Part shown: one piece after another, positions 1-15,009 of the stretch
Numbering within the stretch: the first letter of the stretch is position 1
Layout: each line of letters opens with the position of its first letter
Assembly: GCF_009914755.1 (NCBI RefSeq)
Contig: NC_060940.1
DNA from: the human T2T-CHM13v2.0 reference genome, Homo sapiens
Strand: one strand, 5' to 3'
Length of the DNA: 64,000 bases
Position numbers and translations under genes: made by a program
The notes under the pieces: generated by a model
The model's database searches: none
Told to the model about the DNA's origin: nothing
Seen by the model: only the letters and a program-made list of their open reading frames with translations

Positions 1-1643
1 AGTCAGGGGCGAGGGCGCAGGGAAGCTGGGCACTTGGGATGCAGTGGGAGAGGCTGTTTGCTAATTGGTATGGAAGGGTGCTTTCACCTGTTTGGGCTAC
101 ATGGCCATTCTGGTACACATCAGCCACGTGTCAGCATGGGCAGAGAGAAGTAGAAATTGCTGAGGTCAGGGAGGGAACCTGGCCTCATTTGGAAGAAGGA
201 ATCTGAAGAGCCAGTCTCTCCTTCAGCGTTCAATGTGTCCAGCTCACTTTGGGTTTAAATAAGTTAAAACACATCCACAATTAAGATGAACTGTCTACAG
301 AGATGAAGGGTGAGAGGTGACGCCTGCTGGGCATGACCCACCTTAGACCTGGAGATTTGCTAGAAGACTCTCCTCCCATGGCTCTGTGGAAGGTGCATTG
401 TCATTTGCCCCTATTCTCCAGATGAGGAAACTGAGGCCCAGAGAGACTTAATATCACTGTCAGGATTCTGCAGCTGGTAGGTGAACTCAGGAGTTAATTT
501 ACAACCACCCATTAGAAGGCAGATGGGTGGGGTTTAGGGGCCTGAGGCCATCCCAGATTTGTGCCGTTAGGCAACTCCTAACACCCAGAAAACAACAACA
601 ACAACAACAAAACCTGGACAAGGACCTAGCCTCAGTGTGCATTTGGCTCGCCAAGGTCACTCATCTGGCCTCGGCACACAAATTGCTCCAGGGCAGAGGC
701 AGACACCTGGCATTTCTATTTCCTGCCACCTTCTTCACCTTGACCCCAGGAGACCCGCCTGCCTTATCTGTACTCCCTGGCTGGCGCCCTGTGTCAGCAC
801 CATCCCTGGGGTCTTTGTGCCCCCAGCCCCGTCCCTCGCCACTCCAACGTGTCAGGCAGGGTTAAGCCACCCCCGGATTATGGAGGTGCTAATGATTTGA
901 TATCTCAGCCAGGGATTTAACTGATCTCCTAGCTCAGCTGGAAAAATTCCCTCCCTCAAATAGCTGTTTTATCTTTTAGCTCCTGCCGCCACTTTAATCA
1001 CACTAAGTCCTCATCAGATGCCACAAATGAGAGATTTAAAAAAAAAAAAAAAAGGTAAGAAATTGGGACCAGGCTGGGTTTTCTCTCTGGACTCTTTGGA
1101 ACACGGTTGCATATTATCACCCTCCGAATCGTCAGCTTTCACCTGGAGATTAAAGGGAGTCCCTCAAGACCACTTGAAATGAACAGTGTGGCACACAGCA
1201 GCTTAATCTCCTCAGTGTCATGAAATCTGGGTTTTATGGGACATCGCGCCCTCCAGCCTCCCATTTTCCTTCTCGGGCCATCAGTCCCCTTTGCTAAAAT
1301 GGTGCTCTGGGAAAATTCATGCCTCCACAAAGTGGCTAATGGACCGTGAAGCCATTTCAAAATGTAACTAGAATGCCACGTGTTCAAACATTAACCTTCT
1401 GCATTAGGACACCACTGACTCGATTCAGGGCTTTACAGGTTCCAGGAGCTTGTAAAGTGAATGCTTCTGTTTTTACTTCTAATATAAGCTTCACTTTAGT
1501 AAAACTGGAAACTTTTTAACTTTTAATATAAATTATAAATATGTATATATATTTTTACCTTTATCACAAACTTGACCTTAATAAAATTGAAAAACCAGAA
1601 GATAACACAATATAACTAATATGTGATTCAAAGAGTTTCTAGA

Positions 1644-1931
1644 GGCTGGGTGCGATGGCTCATGCCTGTAATCCCAGCATTTTGGGAGGCTGAGGCGGGT
1701 GGATCTCCTGAGGTCAGGAGTTTGAGACTAGCCTGGCCAACATGGCTACTACTAAAGATATAAAAATTAGCCAGGCGTGGTGGCACATGCCTGTAATCCC
1801 AGCTACTTAGGAGGCTGAGGCACGAGAATCACTTGAACCCGGGAGGCAGGGGCTGCAGTGAGCCAAGATCATACCACTGCACTCCAGCCTGGGTGACAGA
1901 GCAATACTCTGTCTCAAAAAAAAAAAAAAAA
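1644..1931 (+). mobile_element. Alu (S-type)
   Basis: Dimeric Alu with poly(A) tail. Confidence 0.95.
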
Positions 1932-1940
1932 GTTTCTAAA

Positions 1941-2082
1941 GGCCGGGAGTAGTGGCTCACGCGTGTAATCCCAGCACTTTGAGAGGCCAAGGTGGGTGGA
2001 TCCCTTGAGGTCAGGAGTTTGAGAGCAGCCCTGTCAATAATGTGAAACCCTGTCCCTACTAAAAATGCAAAAATTAGCTGGT
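1941..2082 (+). mobile_element. Alu left monomer (truncated)
   Basis: Runs from GGCCGGG to the A-rich linker, then breaks off. Confidence 0.9.
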
Positions 2083-2084
2083 AT

Positions 2085-2188
2085 GCTACCATGCCTGGCT
2101 AATTTTTGTATTTTTTGTAGAGATGAGGGTTTCACCATGTTGCCCAGGCTGGTCTCGAACTCCTGACTCAAGCAATCCACCGGCCTTG
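2085..2188 (-). mobile_element. Alu fragment, inverted relative to its neighbour
   Basis: Reverse complement of left monomer plus linker. Confidence 0.88.
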
Positions 2189-3520
2189 AAGTTATACACC
2201 CTCTACATGTATATGTATGTTATACTTTCATTTAAAAAAATTCTTGAAGTCACCACAGTGCACCTGGTCAGTGTTAGACTGCGCCCTGTTGTGTTATACT
2301 CACCTGTCTTGTACATTTCTGTCTGGCCTCACCCCACAGGCACGCACATCTGTGACTTCTGGAATAGATGATCTTGAGAGCATTCCCTAACTGGAATATC
2401 CTTTGTTTCTTGTTTCTGCTGCCTGAGAACAGGTCCGGGTCAAATCATTCACGACTGTAGCCCACATAGTGGAGATGCATTTTACAGCCATTTGTTTAAG
2501 TGGGTCAGGTCCCTTCTGTGCCCAAGCCATAGTCCACGCAGGATGGTGTACACACATCTGGACGGAGTCACTTCTCTGGTCTCCTTCACCTGTCCCCAGG
2601 ACTCCAGGGCCAGCTGCTCCGGGTGAGTGGAAGACATCAGCCTGCCCCACCCCCATGTTCCCCAGCCAGCAGGACCAGGGAGCAACACCAGATGGGCTGC
2701 AGACACAGAAGGATGAGACTGGGAGGCGCAGACAGTTGTGTCTCTGGACAGTGTGGGGATGCAAGCGTGGTGTGGACTTGGGGCGCAGTTGATGACGGGG
2801 GGAAAGTCAAAAGGAACGATTGTCCTCTTGGCTGGTCCAGAGTTAAAAAACTGGCAGCCAACGATTGACCATCTTCTTTTGTGAGGTACTTTTATTTAAT
2901 CCTCACGACAAATCTGGTACCTAGGAATCACCTTCCCTACTTTTCAGATGGGGAAACTAAGGCTGAAAGATGAACCAAGCATAACAATGATTTGTGATAG
3001 TCTCACGATCCTGTGGGTTGGCTGGGGCTCAGCTGGGTCGTCTGCTGGTGTCACCTGGGCCCAGCCACACAGCTGGGAGTTTGTCAGCAACTCCACTGGG
3101 TCTGGAACGTCCAGGGTGGCCTCGCCCATGAGGCGTCTCCACAGAGCATCTCATGGTTTAGTAGTCCTGGACTTCCTCACAGCATGGCGGCCGGGGTCTG
3201 AGAGAGGAGATGAGAGCTGCTGTCTTCTAAGGCCTGGGCTCCCTGAATTCTATTGCTCAAGGCAAGTCACAAGGCCAGACCAAGGAGAGGAGAGAAGAGC
3301 ACCGATTCTTGGTGTCCGGACTGGCAGGCGCATACAGGATTAGGAGGAATTTTCGGTGGCCCTATTTGGAGACAATCTTCGAGGCAGGCGATTATGATGC
3401 AGAAGTTAGATGCTATGATCAGAGCACCAGCCGTGTGAGAGCTCAGAGGGGGAGGCAGCAAACCTTGCCTGGTAGTGGAGAGCTTTCTTGAGGAAGTGTG
3501 GACTCATCTGGGGTGTCTCT

Positions 3521-3770
3521 AGAGTGTAGTGGTAAGAGGAGGACTCTGGAGTCAGACTGCCTGGGTTCAAATCTCTATTTCAATTGCCAAGCACTTGGGC
3601 CAGTTACTGGAGCTCTCTGCCTCAGTTTCCTCATCTGTACAATGGGCATAACAATAAATCCTACTTCGCAGATCATAAGGATCCAATGGCATTTGCCTGT
3701 GAAACATTTAGCACTGTGTCTAGCACATGGTAAGTTCTCAGATGTTCACTGTTGTTGCCATTATTACTGT
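3521..3770 (+). mobile_element. MIR SINE
   Basis: GACTCTGGAGTCAGACTGCCTGGGTTCAAATC ... CCTCAGTTTCCTCATCTGT core. Confidence 0.85.
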
Positions 3771-4997
3771 TAATGATGGTGATGATGATGTTGATGAGGA
3801 AGATGAGGATTGTCCAGGCTGAGAGGGATAGGGAAGAGTGTTCTGAGCACAGGGAACAGTCTCTGCTCAAGCCAGGAGCTGAGAGAACCTGTTGCTTGGA
3901 AGGAATGGAAAGGAAGCCCATCTAGTAGAAGGGCAGAGTTTGGAGAATGGTTGTCACAGTCTCGAAAGGTAGGTTAGGGACCGGGTTAATGCCCCATTGC
4001 TAGCCACAGTGGAAGGGCTTGGAGAGAGCAAGGGTGGGGATGGGGCAGCCAGCATGGAAGTGAGAGAGAAGAGGGCTGGGACTTGTTGGTGGCAGAGAGA
4101 GTGGGGTAGCTTGGGAGAGCATGAGAGCTACAGGAGAAGCTCAGCATTTGATGGGGGTGGGGGTGAAGGCAGGATCCTGGATTCCTCCTGGGTTTCAGGT
4201 CTAGGGGATGGAGTAGATCCTTCAGGAACATGGACAATACAGAAGGACCAGCTTTGGGCTGGAGATTGGGAAGATGTTGTGTTTGAGGGACCAGCGGGTC
4301 TTCCATGAGGGGACAATTGAGACAAGAATGAAGGCCATTCCTTAGATGGAACAAAGAAGAGCAGTGTTCTGGGTCAACAGAACAGCATACGTGTATGCCT
4401 GGAGGCTAGGGGGGTAGGATCTGTTCTTACAATAGAGACGGATGTCATGTGGTGGCAGCACATGGGATTTGTGTGAGGAGCTGGAGAGGGATGAAGGATG
4501 AAGCTGGTGAGTCAGGCTGGTGCCAGGGTATAAAGGACCTTGAGCGCCCTGGAATCTGTACCAGTCCTGTGAGCCAGAGATTGCCCCCTGAGACTTTTAA
4601 GAGTTTTAAAAAGGGAAGTGATGTGAGTGAGTCTTTTTTTCTTTTATTTATTTATTTTTTTGGAAGGGGACCAGAGCACAGAGGGGCCCCACTGGTGATG
4701 GGAGAATTTAGTGCTAATGCTTTGAACCGGGATTACCAAGCCCTCGTGATCAAGCAGCTAAGTCAATAGCTGTGTGTGGGGCCAGACATCAGGTGGGGAG
4801 TTTATTAAATATAGATATTTGCTGATAAGATAAGATGATTACAGAATCTGGTTCTGAGGATTAGAGGTGCAAACAGCCTGTTGACTTCTGTCACTTGGTA
4901 ACAAAAGTCTGTCAGGAAGGCATAGAGCAACCTCTTTAAAAACAGATGGAAAATATTGATCCAGCTCAGTCTGGTAGCCACATTTTGAGGAATTTTA

Positions 4998-5408
4998 CAT
5001 CTATCCTTCCTTCCATCCATTTACTTCCATTTCTTTCCATATATCCTCCATTCTGTCACCTTCTATTCTATCCCCTCATCATCTATCTTTCCTTCCATCC
5101 ATGTATTTCCACCCACCTATCCTTTGATCTACCCATTTTCTCTTTCATTCATTCAACCTTCCATCCTTCCATCTAACCATCCTCCCATCATTCATCCATC
5201 CACTCATTCTTCCATTTGTCCATTATTCTATTGATTCATCTTCCATCTTTTTTAATCAACCTATACATTCATTCACCATCCATTTATTCTTCCATTATTC
5301 TATCCTTCTATCATTCCATCAATCCAACTTTCTATCCTTCACCACCCATCCTTTAATCCATCCAAACATCCTTCTATCTGCCTATTCTTTATCTACCCAC
5401 CAATCCAT

Positions 5409-5439
<31 letters not shown>

Positions 5440-5680
5440 CCCATCTTCTCATTTTACTCATCCTGCTGACAACCTGTTTTGCCATCCATTAACCCTTTAA
5501 TCCATTAATCAATTTTCCTTCCATCCACCAGTTTTCCATCTATCCATCCTTCCATCCAACCATCTACCCATGGTTCCATATTTCCTTCCATAGCTCCATC
5601 CTTCCATCCATTTTTCTATCCACACATCCTTTTATCTTCCCATCCATTCACCAGTCTTCCATCCATCCATCATCCATCTG
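4998..5680. repeat. Degenerate (TCCA)n low-complexity tract
   Basis: Repeated TCCA/TTCA/TCTA units. Confidence 0.9.
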
Positions 5681-6214
5681 ATATTTGAATACCTACTCTA
5701 TTGCATGTTCAGCTCTAGGCACTGAGGAATCACTAGTGTACAAGGTAGGCGGGGTCTCTACTCTCTTGAAGCTGACCTTGAGCAGGAGACAGGCAATAAA
5801 CAAATCAGACAGGAAGATACAAGAGTGACAAGTGGCTGCGGAGAAAATCATAATAGGGCAATGAGAGTGACAGGGTCACCCTACCGTTAACTAGGACAAT
5901 GGGGAAGGCCTCTCTCTCTCTCCAAAGAGGTGACATTTAAGCTGAAACTTCAATGATAGGAGGACAGGTATGCACACATTTTTTTAAAATAGGGGAAGAC
6001 AGCGTTCTAGATGGAGCATTTACTTCATACAGCAAGTGAAAGGACTTGGTCCAGGCATGAGTTTGGTGTGTTAGAGGGACACAAAGAAGGTGATTGGGGC
6101 TGGGAAGGGGGATTGTGGGGAAGAGTGGCGAGGAGTGAATTAGAGGATGGAGTCAGATTTTGAGCCTTGTACATCAAGGTGAGACAAGCAAACTCAAACC
6201 CTCTTGCCCTCCTC

Positions 6215-6519
6215 CTTTTTTTTTTTTTTTTTTTTTTGAGACAGAGTCTTGCTCTGTTGCCCAGGCTGGAGTGCAGTGGTGCGATCTTGGCTAGCTGCAA
6301 GCTCCGCCTCCCGGGTTCACGCTATTCTCCTGCCTCAGCCTCACGAGTAGCTAGGATTACAGGCACCCACCACCATGCCCAGCTAATTTTTGTACTTTTA
6401 GTAGAGACAGGGTTTTGCCATGTTGCCCAGGCTGTTGTTGAACTCCTGACCTCAGGTGATCCACCCGCCTCGGCCTCCCAAAGTGCTGGGATTACAGGCA
6501 TGAGCCGCCATGCCTGGCC
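6215..6519 (-). mobile_element. Alu
   Basis: Poly(T) then reverse Alu; TSD-like TTGCCCTCCT on both sides. Confidence 0.95.
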
Positions 6520-6529
6520 ATTGCCCTCC

Positions 6530-6725
6530 TTCTTATAAGGACCTTGGTCATGACATTGGGCCCACCTGGATCACGCGGGATCATCTTCTCGCCTCAAGAT
6601 CTTTGACTTAATCACATCTGCAAAGTCCACACTTGCGCATCTGCCATGTAAGCTAACCACAGTAGCAAGATGGACCCAGCCTCTGGAAATAAGGATGGGG
6701 ACATCTTTGGGGGTCATTCCTCTGC
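6530..6725 (-). mobile_element. MLT1-type (ERVL-MaLR) LTR fragment
   Basis: CTCAAGATCTTTGACTTAATCACATCTGCAAAG motif typical of MLT1. Confidence 0.7.
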
Positions 6726-7160
6726 CCATCGCAGCCTGGGTACTATCCCATGAGACTGGATTCCTGCAGCAGCCCCTGACCCCTGCCAGCCCTCCTGGCT
6801 TCCACTGCTGAGCCCACCTTCCCATTCGTCACCCAGTTTTCAGAGTTGCCTTTCTGGAAAATAAATGTGATCCATTTCTGGCTTAAATTCCTTCGACGGC
6901 TTCCCCTTGGCCACAGAATCAAGTTCTAGCTCTTTAGCACGTGCCTGAGCACAGGGTTCAAGCCCTTGCTTGATTTTTTGCTACGTCTGTGACCCTGAAG
7001 AAGTGATTTAAACCCCTCAAGTCTCAGTTTCTCTAGTAGGCGCTCTGAGGCCAGAGGCCCCTTCAGGACTGAAGGCCTCAGCCCCTCAGCTACTGGGAGT
7101 GCTGCTGGCAGCCGCGGGCGCTCGGCCACCAGCCTGCTTCAGAAAATCCCTTGACTGGCA

Positions 7161-7585
7161 TTGTGGATTGACATGTGTCCCCCAAGAAAAATATGCTGAT
7201 TTCTGACCCCCAGAACCAAAGAATGTGACCCTGTTGGGACATAGATTTGTTGCAGATGTAATTTGTTAAATTAAGATGTGGTCGTACTGGAGCGGGGTGG
7301 TGTCCTCATAAGAAGCTAGTGTGTGAAGCCAGACACTTGGGGGAAATGCTGCGTGTAGGCGGATGTGGAGATCTGAGGGATGTGTCCACGAGCCCAGGAA
7401 CACCAAGGGTGGCTGGCTGTCCCCAGAGCCAGAAGAAGGTCCTTCCTCAGAGCCCACAGAGGGAACCAACCCTGCAGATGCCTTGATTTCCTATGTCTGG
7501 ACTCCAGAGTGATGAAAGAATACATTTCTGTTGTTTAAAGCCATTTGTTCTGTGATACCTGGTTATGACAGTCCCAGGAAGGAAA
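7161..7585 (+). mobile_element. MLT1-type solo LTR
   Basis: TGTG...TGTGTCCCCCAA start; GAATGTGACC; TGCAGATGTAATT; CATTTCTGTTGTTTAAAGCC near the end. Confidence 0.8.
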
Positions 7586-9050
7586 CGTGGGAAGAGGCTC
7601 ATAAATTTCATGCCACCCTCTCCAAAAGTGGCCTGTATCCCATGACTGGCCAGTGTGGGGAGGTAGGTGGCTGGGTGTAAGGCCCAGCCCCCTCGCCCAA
7701 CCCCAGGGCACCCCAGAAGGCTCTTCCAGCTTCAGAACCCACCAGGAGGTTGGCTGAGGCTCTCCTTGAGACTATGTCCCAGCCAACTTCTTCCCTGGGC
7801 TCCTACTCCCTTTCCACGGACGTGGCCCCAAGAGCATAACCTGATAAACCTCCTGCCTGCAGATCTCGAACCCAATCTGGAAATACTCTTTCCAGGGAAT
7901 AGACGAAAGCTGCCCCGTCTCCATTTCTTCATTTGCAAAAAGGAACTAATGAAGGAGGCTGCATTACAGAGCTGTCCGTCCACTGTGAGGGTCGACAGGA
8001 CCATGTATAAGACACCACAAGATCAATTGCTCTGTGTTCCACAGCTGGTCTGTTAGCACAGGGCGTGGGGCAAAGCTCCGGTAATTCTTGGCTTACTGGT
8101 CTCCTTCCCCCTACAGCATGAACCCCTTAAGGTCAGCAACTATGTCTTCTTTTATTCATTCAATTCACTCATTCATTCCATTTCACCTCCTCCCATTCAT
8201 TCATCCCATTCATTCACTATATCTCGTGATTCATGCAGTTCTGTGGTATTTATTCACTCTAGGCCATGCCTCTGATTTTATCATTCTATTCATTTATGAC
8301 AGTCCGTTTCACTCCATTTTATCCACCTCATTCCTTTTCATTTCCTTCATTCTCTGTATTCTGCTTATTCAGGTATTTATTCCACTCTACTTTGTTATTG
8401 AATGAAAGCCACATATTCCATTCTATGTGCCCACGGTGTGCCAGGCACCGGGGCTTAGTTCTAGACTGTTGTGAGGTTGCATCCACTGGCTTTTAGGGCA
8501 GAAGGTAGCACCTGGTTTACCTGCTCAAGTGTGTGTGTATGTGTGTGTGTGTGCATGGGTGTGTTGGGCACATGCATGTTGCTTTCCCAGGACAGGGAGG
8601 GGCTGTGCAGGCCCATGCTCACTGTTTCTTGGTTTCTTCTGCTTTAGGGAAAGCTGTGTGTTGCTGAGGCCGCAACTTGGGTATGAACCTAGGTCAAGAT
8701 ACCTAGTACCCACAGGGGTCAGATTCTAGTCCTTGGCCTCTCTGAAGCTAAATAAATGTGATTAATTGAACTGACTCAAAACAAATGGTTTTGCAAAATC
8801 TTGGAAAACAGTTCCATTCCTTTTGGTAGGTCAAATACTTCTCCTGTAATCCCATTTCAATGCTAGAGAGTTACTTTATCATGTTATATATGTGAGCTGT
8901 CATTTATAGAAAAATGGGAGAGCAGACGCAAGTAAAAAAGGGAGGATTCCTGATGTCACCCCCTAGAAATAACCAAATGCTAATGTATTAATGTGTATTT
9001 CTTCACATTTTCCAATGCACGTATATACATTAAAATATGTGTTTTTTGCT

Positions 9051-9403
<353 letters not shown>

Positions 9404-9876
9404 TCATTTTTATCACTTAGCAATACATTACGAGCATTTTTCCAAGTCAATAATTATGTACCATTTCAATAGGGGCATAGAATTCCATTGCCTAAATCTA
9501 TATAATTCCATAACCAATTCCTTAAGATTGAACATTTGCCCCCCCCCCCCCCACCCCCATGTTTTATGATCATAAGCTCCATCCCCGATGGGCATCTGTG
9601 AATGTCATCTTCTTCTGTAGTTGTCTTTATTGTTATTTCGCTTAGCCAGTTAGGTGGAGATGACAGATTAAACTCAAACCAGCTCTGTTCAAATCATGAC
9701 AAATTTCATTTTATAAAGGGAGGAGATTAACCAGGCCAGTTAGCTTGGAACTAGGCAATGTTATATACTCTGTAGTTTAAATAACTCACTTCTTCCCTTA
9801 GTAGCATCTGGATGCTTCCAGCAGGGGGCGTTGTGAGCCAGAGCCTCGTCAGGCGCGGACGCTCTCAGATGCCTAA

Positions 9877-10256
<380 letters not shown>

Positions 10257-12017
10257 TTCTTTCTTTCTTTTCGCTTTCTCTCTCTCTCTTCTCTTTTTCT
10301 TTCTATTAATTCAATTATGCTCACTTACATCTACCCTGGACCAGTTCTCTCAGATTCTGCTAAATACACTTATCAAGGTAGCAAAAGCTAGAGTACTATT
10401 GTGGCAATTATCCTAATACCTTTTAAAAGTTTCACCATTTTAAAGTTTTTAGCATTTAAGATTTTCCTTTGAAACCTCCTTTCATTTAGGGAGTACAATG
10501 TTAGCCAAACTAATGATATACAGGTGGCTGTCCTGTGGCCATGAGAGGTGTGGATATACCAAACAGAAACATGTCCACTGTTCGGGAAAGATGTTGGTTC
10601 TGGTAATGCCTCTTAGTATTGGGCTCTGTTAATTTTATAGATCTTAATTCTTTTCTGCTCCCCTGACTTAGAGACATGATTTGCTTAAAATGCAGGTAAC
10701 AAACATCAGAGTCGATAGGAGCTTGCCTTGTGGGAAGGACTGATGTGATTTGCGGATGGAGATGATAGTGATGAATTTCCTAGTTTTCACTGGGCTGTTT
10801 TTCTTTTCACGGGTAGTCATTTTTGATTTGCGCAGCGCTCCTGTGCGGCAGGCGTGGTTATTATCCCATTTGATGGGGAGGGAACTGAGGCTCCGAGAAC
10901 TCACACACTTGCCTCAAGGTTCATTTCTGGGAAGCAGCAGGGCTGTGGCTTGAACACAGGGCCGTGCACCTCAGGGTCTTTGCACCTGCCATGCCCCCTG
11001 CCTGGATATGCCTTTACTTCTCTCTGCAAGAGAATTCCTTTCCATCCTTCCAGTCTTGACTAGGACGTCAGCTGCTCTGGGAGGGCCTCTCTGGCCTCCA
11101 CCCTACGCAAGCCGTTCTCATCGCTCGCCACTCTGTTTCATTTTCTTCATAGCACTCACCACTGTGCGGGATTATCTTGTTCATTCATTTCTTTCTTGTT
11201 TACCGTGTGACATCCCCACCCCCCAGCAGAATGCAAACTAGTGCATTCTAGTGCATCCCTAGTGCAAGGGAGCAGCGACCTTGTCTCTGACCTCTCTGAG
11301 TCTCAGTACCCAGCACATGGCAGATGCCCAGTAACTATTTACTTAATAAATGAATGGAAAATTTCCGCCATCACTTTTGAATCTATCAGCTTTTGATCCA
11401 GTTGGGATGGAAAGGAAGAAGAAAGGCAGAGAGGAAATAAAGATGGTAACCTTTTTGATGGGGGTGGGCATGTATTTTGCAGTGAATACACGTGCTGGTC
11501 CTGAGTCTGCTGTCGCTTCTTCCCTTCCCCCACTCCTGCTCTGCAGGACATCACAAGGGACTGCCTCTTGCAAGCAGCGTGTCCCTGGCTCTCCTTCTGT
11601 CACTAGGCTCAGCCAATAGGCAGCATTGTGGGGAGGCTGAAGGGGAGGAAGAGGGAAGCCAGGGCATTTCTCCCCATCTCTCTGGACAGGTCTCTCCTTG
11701 GACGGGGTTTCTACCAGTGGCCATGCACCCTCCGTGGCCCCAGCTTTACTGGGCAGGCTACTGTGATTCCAGCTTCCTCCTGCAGCCCTAGATCCTGGGT
11801 GGTAGAAATGCCCCCTCCTCTGTTTGTTGCTCGCCCTGCAGATGGGGCAGTGCTTCTTGCCATTCATCTCTGGGTTGCCTGGTCATCTCTTATGTGGTTT
11901 CTTGGCCCTTCTGTTCCTTGTATAGCCAATTCTCTGCATTAATCTCCTCTGTTTTCAATATCCAAGATTGTTTCCATTTTCCCACTGATTAATAAAAAAC
12001 CTGTGCCTTTGTTATTA

Positions 12018-12343
<326 letters not shown>

Positions 12344-14700
12344 GCGTTAGAGAAACCATGGGAGGCCTGTTCTTGAGGAAAGGGAAAGGCTGAGCAGGCG
12401 CGTGGGCCTGAGCGGGGGCTGTTGCCTTTCCCACAGGCCTGCTGTGTGTGAGCCCCACATGCCCGGCCAGGCAGCGGCTGGGAGCTTGAGTTCTGGATTT
12501 ATGCGCCCATCACGCTGTGATTTATTATAGGACAGCTTGTTTTTGCAAGCGATAGATTTATTTGCACCAGGCGCTGCATAATAAGGATCAAGGACTCTTT
12601 CTTTCTCTCTTTTTAAACTCCTGCCATGCTAACGTGTTCCCCAAGGTCCCTGCCAGGATGGTCATCGGAGAGCTCAGTGTGCTCTACTGTCCCATGGATC
12701 ACTCCAAGCTGTCACTGACCTCCAGGAAGGAAGAACGAAGGGTTCCATGCGGCGTCTCCATGCAGGTCGTGACAGTGGGGCCCGTGGTTGAATGGCATCC
12801 AGTTGAGTTCCTGATCTCTCTTGGGTGGGCTCCTGGCTCTGGATGGCTGCGGATCATCAGGCAGGTCAGTGTCCTCAGCTCTTAGGTAACAAGGGATATT
12901 CCCAGGAAAAGGTGGCTCAGCTCAAGCTGAGGCTTCCCTTCCCTGCCAGGGCAGCTCTGTCACTGTTCTCCGGAAAGCAGGTTGGCCAGGTGCATAAGTG
13001 GAACTGGGTTCACATCCCAGTCCCACCAGGTGGAATCGGGCAGTGTCTTCACCTCTCAGCCTTGGTTTCCTCTTCTGTTAAGTGGGGTCACAATAGTAAT
13101 CGACACCTCAAAGGGCTGGTAAGAGGACTAAGGAGAGACCTACACACAGGGTAGGGCACACAGTAGTTGCTCATGAAATATGAGTCACTCCACTCCCTTT
13201 TCCCTTCTGCTTTCACAGCTGCTCATCAGTCTGGCTGGATGAGAATGTGATGTGTATCAGTCAGGATGTAGTTGGTGGTCAGCAAAAGCTCAACTCAACT
13301 AGCTTAACCCTAAAGAAGATTAGTTTGTCCCATGTAACAAGAAGTCCAGAGGTAGGCTGGCTCCGAGATTGACTAAATTCAACAGCTCAGCGATATCACC
13401 AGGGACTCAGGATCGTCCCCCACCCCGCCCGTCCCCCCACTGCCAAACGCCATCATGTCAGTGTTGGCCTCACCCTCTGATTGGCCTTCCTCACAGTCAC
13501 AGAGTGGCTGTTGCAGATCTGGGCATCGTATCCCTGCTGGGTAAAGTCCAGACGTGCACCTGAACCATCACTTTCCTGCATCTCTGAGGTATGAGGACCA
13601 CTTTCCCAGAAGCCCCTAACCTGACTTCCCTCCCACCTCATTGGTCCAAATCAGATGACAGACTGATGCCTGAACCAATCACCAATAAAAGGGGGAAGGA
13701 ATACCTGGTTGGCTCTTGGGCAATCAGCCACCATCACCACTAAGGAGGGGCTTGCTTTGAAACTCTGCTGTCACTGCCCTTCAATTTCTCCTCTCATCTC
13801 TGGATCCAGCAAGAGCCGTTCTGCCCCTCAAGACCCTCATGAGTTTAGAGTCCAGCAGGGATTAGAGCCAGGGGCAGGTGTCATGGAAATTCCTTCCACC
13901 ACGGCCTCCACTTACTTGACTGGCCGGCTTCCTCTCTTCTGTGGGTTTAGAAGTCACCCGCTGGACACCGCTCCTTCCCGCCCAGTCTTAAGGGGGTTGT
14001 CCAATTCCCTAACGTGCCTAAAGTCACTTTCCCACGCTTTCTTAGGCTTTTGTGTCCTTACAGCATCGGTCTTCATGATCTTTGCCTTCTGACTGATGGC
14101 CCCCTTCATGACGGAGGGAACCCGCTGACATTTTGCCCAGGTCCCCTCGCCTACCAGGACCCCTACCCGTCATCACCAGGGCCCGCCATGGGGCATCCCC
14201 AGAAACACAGGTGGAGCTGGTGTGTAGGAAGGTGGGAAGCAGTTACTTTCCTGGAAAGTTGGTGTACTCTGGGAAGAGCTTGTGAAATTGCAAGCTCACC
14301 TCCTGGGAGACGCATCAGCAGAGGGGGATGGCCTGACGTCCAGCTTTTCTAGACTTACAGTTGGTTATTTGTTAATGACATTCCTGGCAAGTGACAGCTT
14401 TGAATGGTTCTGCCTGGATCAGCTTTTATGAAGCCAACACCAACATCTTCCTGGATCGTCTGACTTTGACCTGCCGCAGAGGACCCTGAGCCCCCACCCA
14501 GCCCACCACAGCGGGGTGGGGGGATGAGCGATGGACTGACAAAGCAATGACATTGGGGGGCTGGAGCTCACTTTTCTTGCCCTGACCTGGGGTGTGGGGT
14601 GTGGGGCGTGGAGTCCTCAAATCGGTTTCTTCTAGCAGGTCCTTTTTTTTTTCTACCTTATTTTTTCATGGAAGTAAAACTCAAAAAGTTAATCAGTGTA

Positions 14701-15009
14701 GGTTGGGCGCCGTGGCTCCCACCTGTAATCCCAGCACTTTGGTAAGCCAAGGCGGGCGGATCACTTGAGGCCAGGAGTTTGAGACCAGCCTGGCCAACAT
14801 GACAAAACCCCATCTCTACTAAAAATACAAAAAATAGCCGGGTGTGGTGCATGTGCCTGTAATCCCAGCTACTATACTCGGGAGGCTGAGGCAGGAGAAT
14901 CGCTTGCAACCGGGAGGCAGGGGCTGCAGTAAGCCAAGATCACAGGTCTGCACTCCAGCCTTGGTGAGACAGAGCGAGACTCCATCTCCAAAAAAAAAAA
15001 AAAAAAAAA
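14701..15009 (+). mobile_element. Alu
   Basis: Full dimer with poly(A). Confidence 0.95.
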
